A DNA stretch of 64,000 nt from Azolla caroliniana (lineage: Eukaryota > Plantae > Polypodiophyta): the NCBI GenBank assembly GCA_043228905.1, contig JBHGNT010000004.1:20832001-20896000 (forward strand), in the 5' to 3' direction. Positions 53,508 through 64,000 of this stretch are shown piece after piece (position 1 is the stretch's first letter; each line of letters opens with the position of its first letter). A model generated the notes under the pieces. It had not been told where the DNA came from. It did not search any database and saw only the letters and a list, made by a program, of their open reading frames with translations. Made by a program: the position numbers and the translations under genes.

Positions 53508-56500
53508 TGTTAGATATAATCAATGATCAGCCCCAAGTTGTAAATCTATCCCCATATGTGCTCTTAGAGTGCACATTTTGTGATAGCGCCCCAAATGAGG
53601 AGCGGCTAGTGTGCAACTCGACCATATGGGTCGATAAGGTGTTAATCTAGGAAACCGTAGATGCGTAGGACACAATATATTTAGGAAAGAGAGAAATAGA
53701 TAAAAGGATTGGCTAATCAAGTCAGCTAGAATATTTTGTGGGCAAGTTACGATGTACTTAGTCTTGAAGTATGCGTCATTGACTTCAAGATAAGTATTAT
53801 CTAGCACTAGCCTGTACCTAGGGAGTTGGGTCATATTAAATGACAAGTCAGTTGACAAAAAAGGAATATCTCCACTACTGTCAACTGACTTGCACATTTA
53901 TACTAAGACCAAACATAGATTATAAGTCACTTTTCTCACACAGTGGTCAGATTGATCATTAGTCCCCACTAATTTTGTAGTGAGCCGGTCCATATCCTAT
54001 CTAAGCTCTAAGGTGTGAGCGCATGGGAAAACTACCATTTTTGAACTACTCTCATATGTAATAGAAATTTTGTTTTCATATATCCATCTCTGCAGTTGTA
54101 ACTCTATATACCTATCTACTCGATTCTCAATATTTCTAATATGGTATCAGAGCGAAGAGGTTGATCTAGATTAGGTATATACGGGTAGTTGCTGTCTAGC
54201 AACAGAGAGAAATAGAGAGAGACAGAGAGAGAGAGACAGAGTATCAATGGCCTTGTCCACGAATGTTGCAGCTGCTCCATTGCGCATTCGCCCACCTCCA
54301 TTGTCTGATGGAAAGCTAGATGGAACCAACTACACTCTATGGAAGTTCAAAATGTCTGCCATTTTGGATTCCTACGAGTTGTTGGAAACAATCATGGGAC
54401 CCACAGGGGGAGACCCTGAGCCCATGGCAACCTTTGACCCTGCACACCCTACCACATCAATTCCTCCAAATGTTGATCTACTTCGAGCCTGGAAGAGAAG
54501 GAATGTTGATGCGCTATGTACCATAGTCACTGGTGTATGTGACTCCGTACTAACACTAGTGCAACATACAACTAGGGCACATGAAGCTTGGAGCATATTG
54601 GCCAGCCAGTATGAGACCAGAAATTATACAAGGATACAAAACCTCGAAAATCAGCTTGCTGCAGAGAAGCTTGCTGATGGAGAGAAAGTAGAATCCTTTG
54701 TAAAAAGGATTAAGGATCTTCAAGATCAGCTGGCGGCTGTTGGAGTAGTCGTCTCTCAAGAGGATATGGCTCGTCGGTGCATTCGAGTACTTCCTTTCAA
54801 GTATGATGGCATTGTGACAGCATTGAACACTCAGGTTCGACCCACTCCTTTAAAATTTGATGAACTAAGTGCAATGCTGCTTGAAGAGGAGCTTCGGCTG
54901 AAGACAAGAGAAGAAAGGGAAGATTCAGCATTTGTCTCTAGGACTAAGGGTGAAGGGGCATCCAATTCAAACAATGCGAATAGGATACCGAAGAAGAAGA
55001 AGTTCAATGGATCGTGTTTCTACTGTGACAAGAAGGGTCACACAATCAAGGATTGTCGAAAGAAGATGGCGGATGAGAAGAATGGTTCTAATAAGACTTC
55101 TTGGAGAGAGCCCGAGTCCGCTAACAATGTCGTAGATGAACTTGAGTTATGGGTCGCAACTGAAGAAGTGTGTTCTTCAGTTGACACTCAAGTTGTTGAT
55201 GAGTCTTGGATTCTCGATAGTGGAGCATCCCGACATATGACCAGTAATCGTGACTGGTACAGTTCTTGGACACCTCTACAAGAGCCCATCAATGTTGTGG
55301 TCGGGAACAATGCTCGATGTCCGGCCAAAGGAACCGGAACCGTCTCCCTCAAAGCAACGACCGGTGGGACAAAGCATCTCTCTCAAGTGTTGTACGTGCC
55401 AGATCTGAAGAAGAATCTACTGTCCATTTCTGCACTGACTGACAAGGGTCTTGATGTTCGATTCAAGAAGTTGGGTGCAGAAATAACAGATTCTGCTGGC
55501 AAGGTTGTAGGAATAGGGGTGAGGCGCAACAATCTCTATGAGCTGAGCGCGTTTACCATTTCTACTGACCACAGCACAAGTACCAACACAAAGCAATGGC
55601 ATGAGAGATTTGGGCATCTCAACGTTGCTGTGTTGAAGGAGATGAAGAAGTCGAATATGGTAGTTGGGTTGCCAACCCTATCTGACTTAAGTCATGTTTG
55701 TGATGCTTGTATGATGGGCAAGCATCAAAGATCAGCCATTCCAAAAGAGAGTCAAAATCGGGCAAAGACTCCTCTACAGCTAATACACATTGACCTCTCT
55801 GGAAAAATGGTGACTCCTGCAATGGGTGGATCTCTCTACTATATGCTAATAGTCGACGACTTCAGCAGAAAGATGTGGGTTTACTTCCTTCGGGAGAAGG
55901 CTGAAGCTTTTAAAATCTTCAAAAGATGGCATAAGTTTGTCGAGCGAGAGTCTGGAAAGTTAGTGAAGGAGCTACGCTCTGATCGAGGTGGAGAATTCTT
56001 ATCAATAGAATTCTGTGAGTATTGCAAAGAGCATGGAATTAAGCGCCAACTTACAACTGCCTACACCCCACAACAAAATGGCGTTGTCGAACGTCGAAAT
56101 CGAACAGTTGTCGAGATGGCTAGGTGTATGTTGAAGGCACAAGCGCTGCCCGACCCATTCTGGGCTGAAGCAGTGAACACAGCAGTTTACATCCTCAATC
56201 GGAGCTACACGAAGGCACTTCAAGGGAAAACACCCCAAGAAGCTTATTCAGGCAAGAAACCTTCAGTGCTGCACTTCAGAACCTTTGGGTGTATGTGCTA
56301 CGCACATATTCCAAATGTGAGCAGAAAGAAGTTGGATGCTAAAAGCAAAAAGTGTATCTTTCTCGGATATAGTGAAGAGTCAAAGGCCTATCAACTCTAC
56401 GATCCAGAGGCAAGAAAGATATTGACAAGCCGCGATGTGGTGTTCGATGAGGAACAACCACAGCTAGCTGAGAACAACGATTCTCAAGTTATCTCATCAA

Positions 56501-58969
56501 CTGAAGAAGTATTTTACCCAATCCCGACCCATTATCCAAAAAAGGAAGCTGAACCATCTAATGGTAATGGTTCACTAGTTCAGCCTATGCCAGTCCCACA
56601 CGTAAAGAAAATACCTAAGTGGGCTCAACAACTCTTCAATGATCATACTCCTAAAGTTGAGTTTCCTGAAACTTCAACTGATGGATTACGAAGATCAAGA
56701 AGAATACAGGAGCAAGGAAGAACCTCTGACCACATTGTCAACATGGCTCTGATGGTGGACATCATAGGCTCAGTGAGTGAGCCGACCTCGGTGGAGGAAG
56801 CTATGGCCGACCCGAAGTGGAAAGAGGCGATGATATCAGAATATGATAGCATCATGAAAAATGACACATGGGAGTTGGTAGAGAGGCCAACAAAGAAGAA
56901 GGTGATAGGCACGAAGTGGGTATGGAAAGTAAAGTATAAAGCTGATGGCTCTTTGGAGAAATTCAAGGCCAGGCTAGTAGCGCAAGGATACTCCCAAATT
57001 GAAGGGTTCGATGTACAAGAAACATTTGCCCCGACAGCTCGCATGACAACAATTCGAATGGTCATAGCGTTGGCTGCTTCAAGAGGATGGCTGATTTATC
57101 AAATGGATGTCAAATCAGCATTTCTGAATGGGCATCTCAAGGAGGAGGTATATGTGACACAACCACCGGGGTTTGAGATACCGAATTCAGAAAACAAAGT
57201 TTGCAAGCTGAAGAAGGCACTATATGGTCTAAAGCAAGCACCAAGAGCTTGGAACAAGAGGATAGACAGCTTCTTACGATCAATCGACTTTAAGCAATGT
57301 GCTTCGGATGCAAGTATGTATGTCAAAATGAAGGACGGGAAACAAGTCATCATTATCATTTACGTGGATGATCTAGTACTTACTGGTGACCATGAAGAGT
57401 GCATTGGCCAAACACAAGAGTGTTTGAAAACTGAGTTTGAAATGACAGACTTGGGGATTCTACACTACTTCCTTGGAATTGAGGTTTGGCAAACCTCGGT
57501 CGGCATCTTCATGTCACAAAGAAAGTATGCAACAGAGATCTTGAAGACCTTCGGGATGATGGACAGCAAGTCGAAGTCGACTCCAATGGAGTCAAACTGC
57601 AAGCTATCCCAAGAAGACTCATCACCAATGGTTGACATAAGGAAGTATAGACAACTAGTAGGAAGTCTAATTTTCCTATGCAACACTAGGCCGGATATTT
57701 GTTTTGCAGTCAATGTGGTGAGTCGATTCAGCAACAAGCCGAAGGAGACTCATTGGAAAGCTGCCCTACGTGTATTAAAGTACATTGTGGGTACTTTAAA
57801 TTATGGAATCTTCTACAAGCCAACAATTGACCAACTTAGTGGATATTGCGACTCCGATTGGGCTGGAGATAGTGATTCCAGAAAATCAGTTTCTGGATAT
57901 TGTTTTTCAATAGGATCTGGAGCTGTTTCATGGAGTAGTAAAAAACAACCAACATTGGCACTATCTTCAACGGAGGCAGAATACAAAGCAGCATGCATAG
58001 CGGCATGCGAGGTAGTTTGGCTAAGAAGAATCCTTATGGATGTGGCAGTCCCAATAAGGACGGCAACGGTATTGAGGTGTGACAATCAGAGTTGCATGGC
58101 CATTGCCAAGAACCCCGTATTTCATGCACGTACTAAACACATAGAGATTCAATATCACTATGTGCGGGAGCTAATAAATGATGAGATTGTGGAGCTTGAG
58201 TACTGTCCAACATCAGAAAATGCTGCAGATATCTTCACAAAGGCGCTTGGAGCAGAACAGTTGCAACAACACCTTCGACGACTAGGTGTTGGCCCAATTC
58301 CAAGTGAACTCAATGGGTTGATCATTGAGGGGGCGTGTTAGATATAATCAATGATCAGCCCCAAGTTGTAAATCTATCCCCATATGTGCTCTTAGAGTGC
58401 ACATTTTGTGATAGCGCCCCAAATGAGGAGCGGCTAGTGTGCAACTCGACCATATGGGTCGATAAGGTGTTAATCTAGGAAACCGTAGATGCGTAGGACA
58501 CAATATATTTAGGAAAGAGAGAAATAGATAAAAGGATTGGCTAATCAAGTCAGCTAGAATATTTTGTGGGCAAGTTACGATGTACTTAGTCTTGAAGTAT
58601 GCGTCATTGACTTCAAGATAAGTATTATCTAGCACTAGCCTGTACCTAGGGAGTTGGGTCATATTAAATGACAAGTCAGTTGACAAAAAAGGAATATCTC
58701 CACTACTGTCAACTGACTTGCACATTTATACTAAGACCAAACATAGATTATAAGTCACTTTTCTCACACAGTGGTCAGATTGATCATTAGTCCCCACTAA
58801 TTTTGTAGTGAGCCGGTCCATATCCTATCTAAGCTCTAAGGTGTGAGCGCATGGGAAAACTACCATTTTTGAACTACTCTCATATGTAATAGAAATTTTG
58901 TTTTCATATATCCATCTCTGCAGTTGTAACTCTATATACCTATCTACTCGATTCTCAATATTTCTAATA
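53508..58969 (+). mobile_element. Intact young Ty1/Copia LTR retrotransposon nested in the Gypsy RNase H
   Basis: 634-bp LTRs 53508-54141 and 58336-58969 appear identical; PBS tggtatcagagc at 54142; PPT gagggggcg; splits the host reading GAVLMQ|DGHPIAYES. Confidence 0.98.
54247..58341 (+). CDS. Copia gag-pol polyprotein (1364 aa, uninterrupted)
   Basis: [10 protein letters not shown]; knuckle [14 protein letters not shown]; [10 protein letters not shown]; integrase WHERFGH...[14 protein letters not shown]; [11 protein letters not shown] and YVDD; RNase H CDNQS...ADIFTK; stop codon lies just inside the 3' LTR. Confidence 0.97.
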   Translation: MALSTNVAAAPLRIRPPPLSDGKLDGTNYTLWKFKMSAILDSYELLETIMGPTGGDPEPMATFDPAHPTTSIPPNVDLLRAWKRRNVDALCTIVTGVCDSVLTLVQHTTRAHEAWSILASQYETRNYTRIQNLENQLAAEKLADGEKVESFVKRIKDLQDQLAAVGVVVSQEDMARRCIRVLPFKYDGIVTALNTQVRPTPLKFDELSAMLLEEELRLKTREEREDSAFVSRTKGEGASNSNNANRIPKKKKFNGSCFYCDKKGHTIKDCRKKMADEKNGSNKTSWREPESANNVVDELELWVATEEVCSSVDTQVVDESWILDSGASRHMTSNRDWYSSWTPLQEPINVVVGNNARCPAKGTGTVSLKATTGGTKHLSQVLYVPDLKKNLLSISALTDKGLDVRFKKLGAEITDSAGKVVGIGVRRNNLYELSAFTISTDHSTSTNTKQWHERFGHLNVAVLKEMKKSNMVVGLPTLSDLSHVCDACMMGKHQRSAIPKESQNRAKTPLQLIHIDLSGKMVTPAMGGSLYYMLIVDDFSRKMWVYFLREKAEAFKIFKRWHKFVERESGKLVKELRSDRGGEFLSIEFCEYCKEHGIKRQLTTAYTPQQNGVVERRNRTVVEMARCMLKAQALPDPFWAEAVNTAVYILNRSYTKALQGKTPQEAYSGKKPSVLHFRTFGCMCYAHIPNVSRKKLDAKSKKCIFLGYSEESKAYQLYDPEARKILTSRDVVFDEEQPQLAENNDSQVISSTEEVFYPIPTHYPKKEAEPSNGNGSLVQPMPVPHVKKIPKWAQQLFNDHTPKVEFPETSTDGLRRSRRIQEQGRTSDHIVNMALMVDIIGSVSEPTSVEEAMADPKWKEAMISEYDSIMKNDTWELVERPTKKKVIGTKWVWKVKYKADGSLEKFKARLVAQGYSQIEGFDVQETFAPTARMTTIRMVIALAASRGWLIYQMDVKSAFLNGHLKEEVYVTQPPGFEIPNSENKVCKLKKALYGLKQAPRAWNKRIDSFLRSIDFKQCASDASMYVKMKDGKQVIIIIYVDDLVLTGDHEECIGQTQECLKTEFEMTDLGILHYFLGIEVWQTSVGIFMSQRKYATEILKTFGMMDSKSKSTPMESNCKLSQEDSSPMVDIRKYRQLVGSLIFLCNTRPDICFAVNVVSRFSNKPKETHWKAALRVLKYIVGTLNYGIFYKPTIDQLSGYCDSDWAGDSDSRKSVSGYCFSIGSGAVSWSSKKQPTLALSSTEAEYKAACIAACEVVWLRRILMDVAVPIRTATVLRCDNQSCMAIAKNPVFHARTKHIEIQYHYVRELINDEIVELEYCPTSENAADIFTKALGAEQLQQHLRRLGVGPIPSELNGLIIEGAC

Positions 58970-60719
58970 GGATGGTCATCCGATTGCCTATGAGTCAAAA
59001 AAGTTTTCAGCGATAGAAAGTCGGTGGCCCACACACGAGAAGGAAATGTTGGCAATAGTTTATGCACTTCGGAAGTGGCGGCACTACGTACAAGATAAAT
59101 TTACACGAGTAGTGACCGACAACATCTCCTTGCAATACTTTCTGACACAACCACGACTTTCAGCAAAACAAATGAGATGGCAAGATATGTTAGCAGAATT
59201 TGATTTGGAGATTGTACATAAAAAAGGCAAGTTGCATACATTACCTGATGCATTAAGTCGATTGCCACACATCCTCCATATTTCTGTCATCTCGGCTCAA
59301 GGATGGATAGATGAAGTACGACAAGCACAAACAGAGGATGCAGAGATGCGCGAATTAGTAACCAAAGTCATGAATGGGAGCATAACTCATGGAATGTACA
59401 AGTTTCAGGACGGCTTATTGTGGAGTGATGATAAAATAGTAATCCCGAATAATATATCACTAAAGGCAAAGATACTAAGGGAATTACATGATTGCCACAT
59501 GGCCGGGCATGGGGGACAAAAGCGCACATTAAAAGCTGTTAAAAAGTTCTTCGTGTGGCCAAGAATGGAACATGAGATCATTGACTATATACGTTCATGC
59601 CAGGTATGTCAAGCCGTGAAAGCTAGGCGAGGAAAAGCGCTCGGACTACTGCAACAGATGTCGGTACCATCCCGTCCATGGGATGTAATAAGCATGGATT
59701 TTATAATTGATTTACCCTCATCCAAGGGGTTTTGCATCCTTATGGTCATTGTGGATTTTTTTTCTAAACAAGCTCACTTCGTGCCGGCAAAGCCACCTCT
59801 AACAGCGCAACATGTAGCACACTTGTTTTTTAAACATGTTTTTAAGTATCACGGGCTGCCAGAAATCATAGTATCAGATAGGGATCCAAGGTTCACTAGT
59901 GGATTTTGGCAAGAATTGTTTCGGATTCTAGGCACACAGCTCTGTATGTCATCATCCGCACATCCGCAAACAGACGGGCAAACTGAGCGACTCAATCAAG
60001 GCATCGAGGACTACATTCGATGTTATGTCAAAGCGGATCAGACGGACTGGGTGGAACACATCGACATGCTCGAATTTTGTTACAATGCTGCAATCCATTC
60101 ATCAACGGGATTCTCTCCATTCGAGCTCGCCACAGGTAAAGAAGTCCTCACACCGATTGCTTTATTGCATACAAATAAGAAGACACAAGTAGAGGAATTG
60201 GATGTGTCTCGTTTTTTGGAGGAGTGGAAGGACCGGATGCAAGCAGCACAAGATCATCTCATAAAAACAAAGTCACAGATGATCAATCGTGTCAATAAGA
60301 AACGGGAACACGTGGAGTTTTACCCAGGGGATTTAGTACTTGTCAATTCGGCTAGTTGGCCATTACTTCAGGGCCTCACGCCCAAGTTTAACCATAGGTT
60401 CTATGGACCATACAAGGTGGTCAAACAACTCAATAATGTATCCTACAAATTACAACTTCCGGAGGCTTCCAAGATACATGATGTTTTTCATGTTAGCCTG
60501 CTAAAACGTTTCCACCCAGATGAAACATGGGGGCGCGAGGCAACTATTAGATGTGAACCTGAAGCACTTTTGAAGACACAGGTTCGTAGAGGGAGAAGAC
60601 GCTACTTCATCAAGTGGCGAGGGAAACCATTATCCGAAGCATCGTGGGTAACTGAAGAAGCGTTGCTACAAGCAGGGTTTGAATGGCTACTTGAGCCTCT
60701 ACAACAACCAGAGCCCTGA
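58970..60719 (+). CDS. Gypsy pol 3' part: RNase H, integrase and chromodomain
   Basis: EKEMLAIVYALRKWRHY; HHCC zinc finger; SDRDPRF; HPQTDGQTER; FYGPYKV; YFIKWRGKPLSEASWV. Confidence 0.93.
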
Positions 60720-63499
60720 CCTAGGAACCTTTATGCAATAGTTTCGAGGTCGAAACTCTCTCGACTAGCGGGAGAGTGTTACAACCGTTACAATTACATA
60801 AAAGAAAATAGTAGAATATTTAAATAAATCTTGGAAGCACAAACGTTTCATCTCATGAACGTTTGGGCTCCCAATAAGTTCTATTTAAAGAAGTAGTTGT
60901 GATTTTGAAAAGGGGGGGGTTCCCAATGGGGAAGTACCAAGTCATTAGTTAGTAATTCGCACTTACCTTTTTTTATTTCTATTGAATACAAAGAGTGTTC
61001 TCTCTCATTTTGTGCCATTGGTTTAATAATGGATGTGAAACCTTGAAACTTCTTGGTTAAAGTAGACTCACTTCGAATTTTTGTCTAGACAATCATCAAA
61101 ATATGAAGTTGTGTTTTGCTTGTCTTTTCAATACACTAACTTCTAGACACCTCTATCTAGCATTTTCCTACTTTAATCATTTGTTGTAGCTATTCCTCTA
61201 TTGTGCCAATCCTTAGCAAAGAGGATTGCTCAATTGTTCGCTATCAAACAATAATCTTGCTTCTCCCTTATCATCCAAAAAGAGTTCTCATTTGGCATGA
61301 TAATTTCTTTGGCATTACAGTGTGTTGGTTTTGATGTGCTTGAGTGGCTTAGATACAATATTAATTGGCTTGTGATTCATAAGATGATTGCATCAAATGT
61401 TGCGCATGAATTGTGTGCAACGTCAACTCTTCAACAAATCCTACTTGCAAACTAAACTTATTGACTCTAAGTTGTCACAAACATAAGCAGTTGTAAGACA
61501 TAATATGACTCACACCAAATAATTTTTCAATAATTCAATGAAGCTAGTGAAAGAGAGAACAATGAATCGATGGTATATATGAGAATCAAAACATAAAGAA
61601 AATCTAGTAACTGTAGAGAGCATAAACTAAGTTTATTACTCGTGGAAGGTAAAAAAATAAGGTGTCACTTGGAACTTTACATTCAATATTGATTTGTGGA
61701 GCTTCAAGACATAAGCATGGAATCCTCCCATTCTAAATAATATATGTAATGCAGCCTTTAGGCAATCGACATTGGGAGGGAGGAGGTAATGGGCAAGAAG
61801 ATGGGATGCTTGACAATGTATCAAAAATTCTCTCTATGAACAAGGGTATTTTGCATTACTAATGTACCTCTACATGGGAAATAGTGGAGGATGACACTTC
61901 ACACATTATACTACATACATTGCACCTAACCGCAAAAACAATACTCTTCATTGAGCATGTATATGTTAGACTTCACCTCGTTGTCCACCATGGAAATCAT
62001 TACTTCCATATGTCTTAGTTCACATTCACATTAGACAAGGTGTTAGGGCGCAAACAATGAGATTAGCCAACTATGCACATTTTGTCGTAAACAAGTTTGA
62101 GAGACTTGTCTATCGCACAAACATATTTGACTCAACCCAATCCTTGGCCAAATTTCCCTCACAACCGCAATTTACACTCTCAATTGCAACGTTCATTGAT
62201 AAAGTTTTTGAATGTTGCGAGTTGCTACTCACTTTCACATGTATTCATGAAAACTTTGACCTTTGAAAACAATAATAAAAAGTATCTATCCACACATACT
62301 CATTATCTCTATTTGCCTTATTTGCCCACACACAAACATCTATCTAGACTCTCTTTATTTTAAGGTCAAACTTTCAAGACTCATCAACATCAACTTGAAC
62401 TTGAATGCCCATACACTCTCTATCATCTCTCTCTATACTTTCTAACTCTTCTTAGATGCTCTCTCTTCACAAACATGCTCCCTAGATTCTCCTACTCTAC
62501 AAAAACATACTCCCCATATTCTCTCTCTAGACACTCTCTTTATGCACAAGTCAAACTCTCAATACTCGTCAACATCCATTTTTATTGGAATCATCTTTCT
62601 CTTCCTCCCCATCTTCCTTTGAACAAAACATTCCATGCATCCAACTAGGACACAAAAATTTGCTTCTATGTGTATTATATATATGTATCTTTTTGCCTAC
62701 TTCGTATGAGATTCAATGTAAATAAATTTTTTGAACTTTAAAAATGTACTTAACAACCCCTTTAAATGGTTGTGATCTCAATGGGAAGTGATATTCTCTC
62801 TCTCAAGAAGCAAGAGGGCGAGAGACATTTATTTATTGATTTTGAGAAACTTTGAAAGATAACACTTTTTGACAATTTCAAACTTTTTTTAAGTGAACTT
62901 AGGGATGTTAAAGATCTATAGATCCCTCCCATTGGGAAGGCCCATTTAATTTCTCTGCCATTGCAAATGTTCTCTAATGCATCATGAGCTTTCTTTTATA
63001 CCAAATTATTCCATCTCTGATTTGAGGGATGATTTATCCTTATTTTGGTTATTCACAAACGTAATCTTTACTTTAGAATTATTGATAGTCAACTAAGCAT
63101 GCACACAAAACTTTTCCAAATGCCCTCTCAAGATTTTGTGCATCTTCTAAAGTTTTTGCAAAAAAACACGATATTATTTATGCAGAACAAAAATAGGACG
63201 ATTACATTCTCAACGGTAACTCCTTCGATGCTTTCTTCCTATCTTAACTTGTCAATTATTTGTTGTAATTCACTAGAATGCTTGTATAGACTAAATAGAG
63301 TTGGTGAGAGTGGGCATCCTTACTTAAATGTGAAATTTTCATCATCAATATACACACGTGACATGTAATGTTCCGATAGATTCAAGACTTGTACTAGAGA
63401 GAGAGAGAGAGAGATGATATGATATGATTTAGATTTGAACATAAATGAGTGGCTTGTATAGTATGTATGTATAATGTAGTAAATGTATTGTTGTGTGTT

Positions 63500-64000
63500 C
63501 ATGAGATACATTCAATGCTCTCTCTTCTCTGCATTCATTATTGTTGTATACATATTGTGTGGCTAAGGCCCCTCTCTCTATCTCTCAAAAGGTAAACAAA
63601 GCAATGTTACATTTTGGATCTCGGGTTCTCAACTCTACGTTTTCTCCTCTCTATCAATGCTTGAATAATTTCCAATTCCAAAACACTCTCGTATAATAGT
63701 CTTCTCCATAGGAGTGGTCAAGCAGTCTTTCTCTATTCAATCATCTTCACTTAATTTGGGATTCTATCTTCTAAATCATCTGGTGTGGAAAACAAATCTT
63801 AGATTGCGCATAAAGAAGAAATCCTTCAAGAGTGGTGGTAGTGTTCTTCTAAGCCAAATTAAGAGCGCAATCAAAGAAAGCTTTAATGTCGACAACAACG
63901 AGGATGGGACCCCATCAGTGGTGTTAATAGGCATAAGAAAATGGAGTTTCAATGTTGTGTTTCACTCATGGTGAGACTCCTCAACTAAACCATTCTTCGT
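63500..64000 (+). promoter_or_regulatory. Diverged paralog of the SULTR proximal upstream/5' UTR region
   Basis: Matches 41590-42160, e.g. exact gtgtggaaaacaaatctt at ~63783 and ~42027; also actctacg...tcaatgctt. Confidence 0.6.

Larger units (their letters stand above)
50003..61028 (+). mobile_element. Ty3/Gypsy chromovirus, recent insertion, interrupted by a nested Copia
   Basis: 252-bp LTRs 50003-50254 and 60777-61028 appear identical; TSD atgga; PBS tggtatcaaagc; PPT agcgggagag; gag, PR, RT, RNase H, integrase and chromodomain in Gypsy order. Confidence 0.97.

Noticed and set aside
53520-53897. Identical 125-aa antisense ORFs (also 58348-58725)
   Set aside because: Both lie in the two identical LTRs and have no recognisable domain.
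61300-62660. Decayed DNA-transposon coding region
   Set aside because: 62540-62650 resembles 7890-8390 in inverted orientation, suggesting an old dispersed repeat, but no transposase motif or termini can be supported.

Overview
AT-rich, microsatellite-rich land-plant nuclear DNA; the PPR style and TE content suggest a fern or other seed-free plant, which is an inference. From 5' to 3' the window holds: a decayed L1 LINE (-); a pseudogenised partial sulfate transporter (SULTR) duplicate with two hAT-type MITEs; a ~1.76 kb palindrome built from a G-patch-like repeat; a decayed Copia element with nested solo LTRs; an intronless PLS-class PPR gene (-) head-to-head with a plastid-type bacterial-PH-domain gene (+); a Haspin kinase gene with a large Cys-rich repeat exon; an apparently intact SULTR gene; a young Ty3/gypsy chromovirus with an intact young Copia nested in its RNase H; and the upstream region of a probable third SULTR paralog. 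Best leads: (1) Haspin coding repeats carry latent 93-nt GT-AG segments, and the one repeat with an 8-nt frameshifting deletion is exactly rescued by splicing the resulting 85-nt segment, a candidate intron birth; (2) a ~220-bp dispersed element with two convergent tRNA-like Pol III heads, sitting in (GA)n tracts; (3) both young LTR elements end TG...TA, and the Copia has an aberrant 2-bp target duplication at that end. All calls were read by eye; no database search was run.
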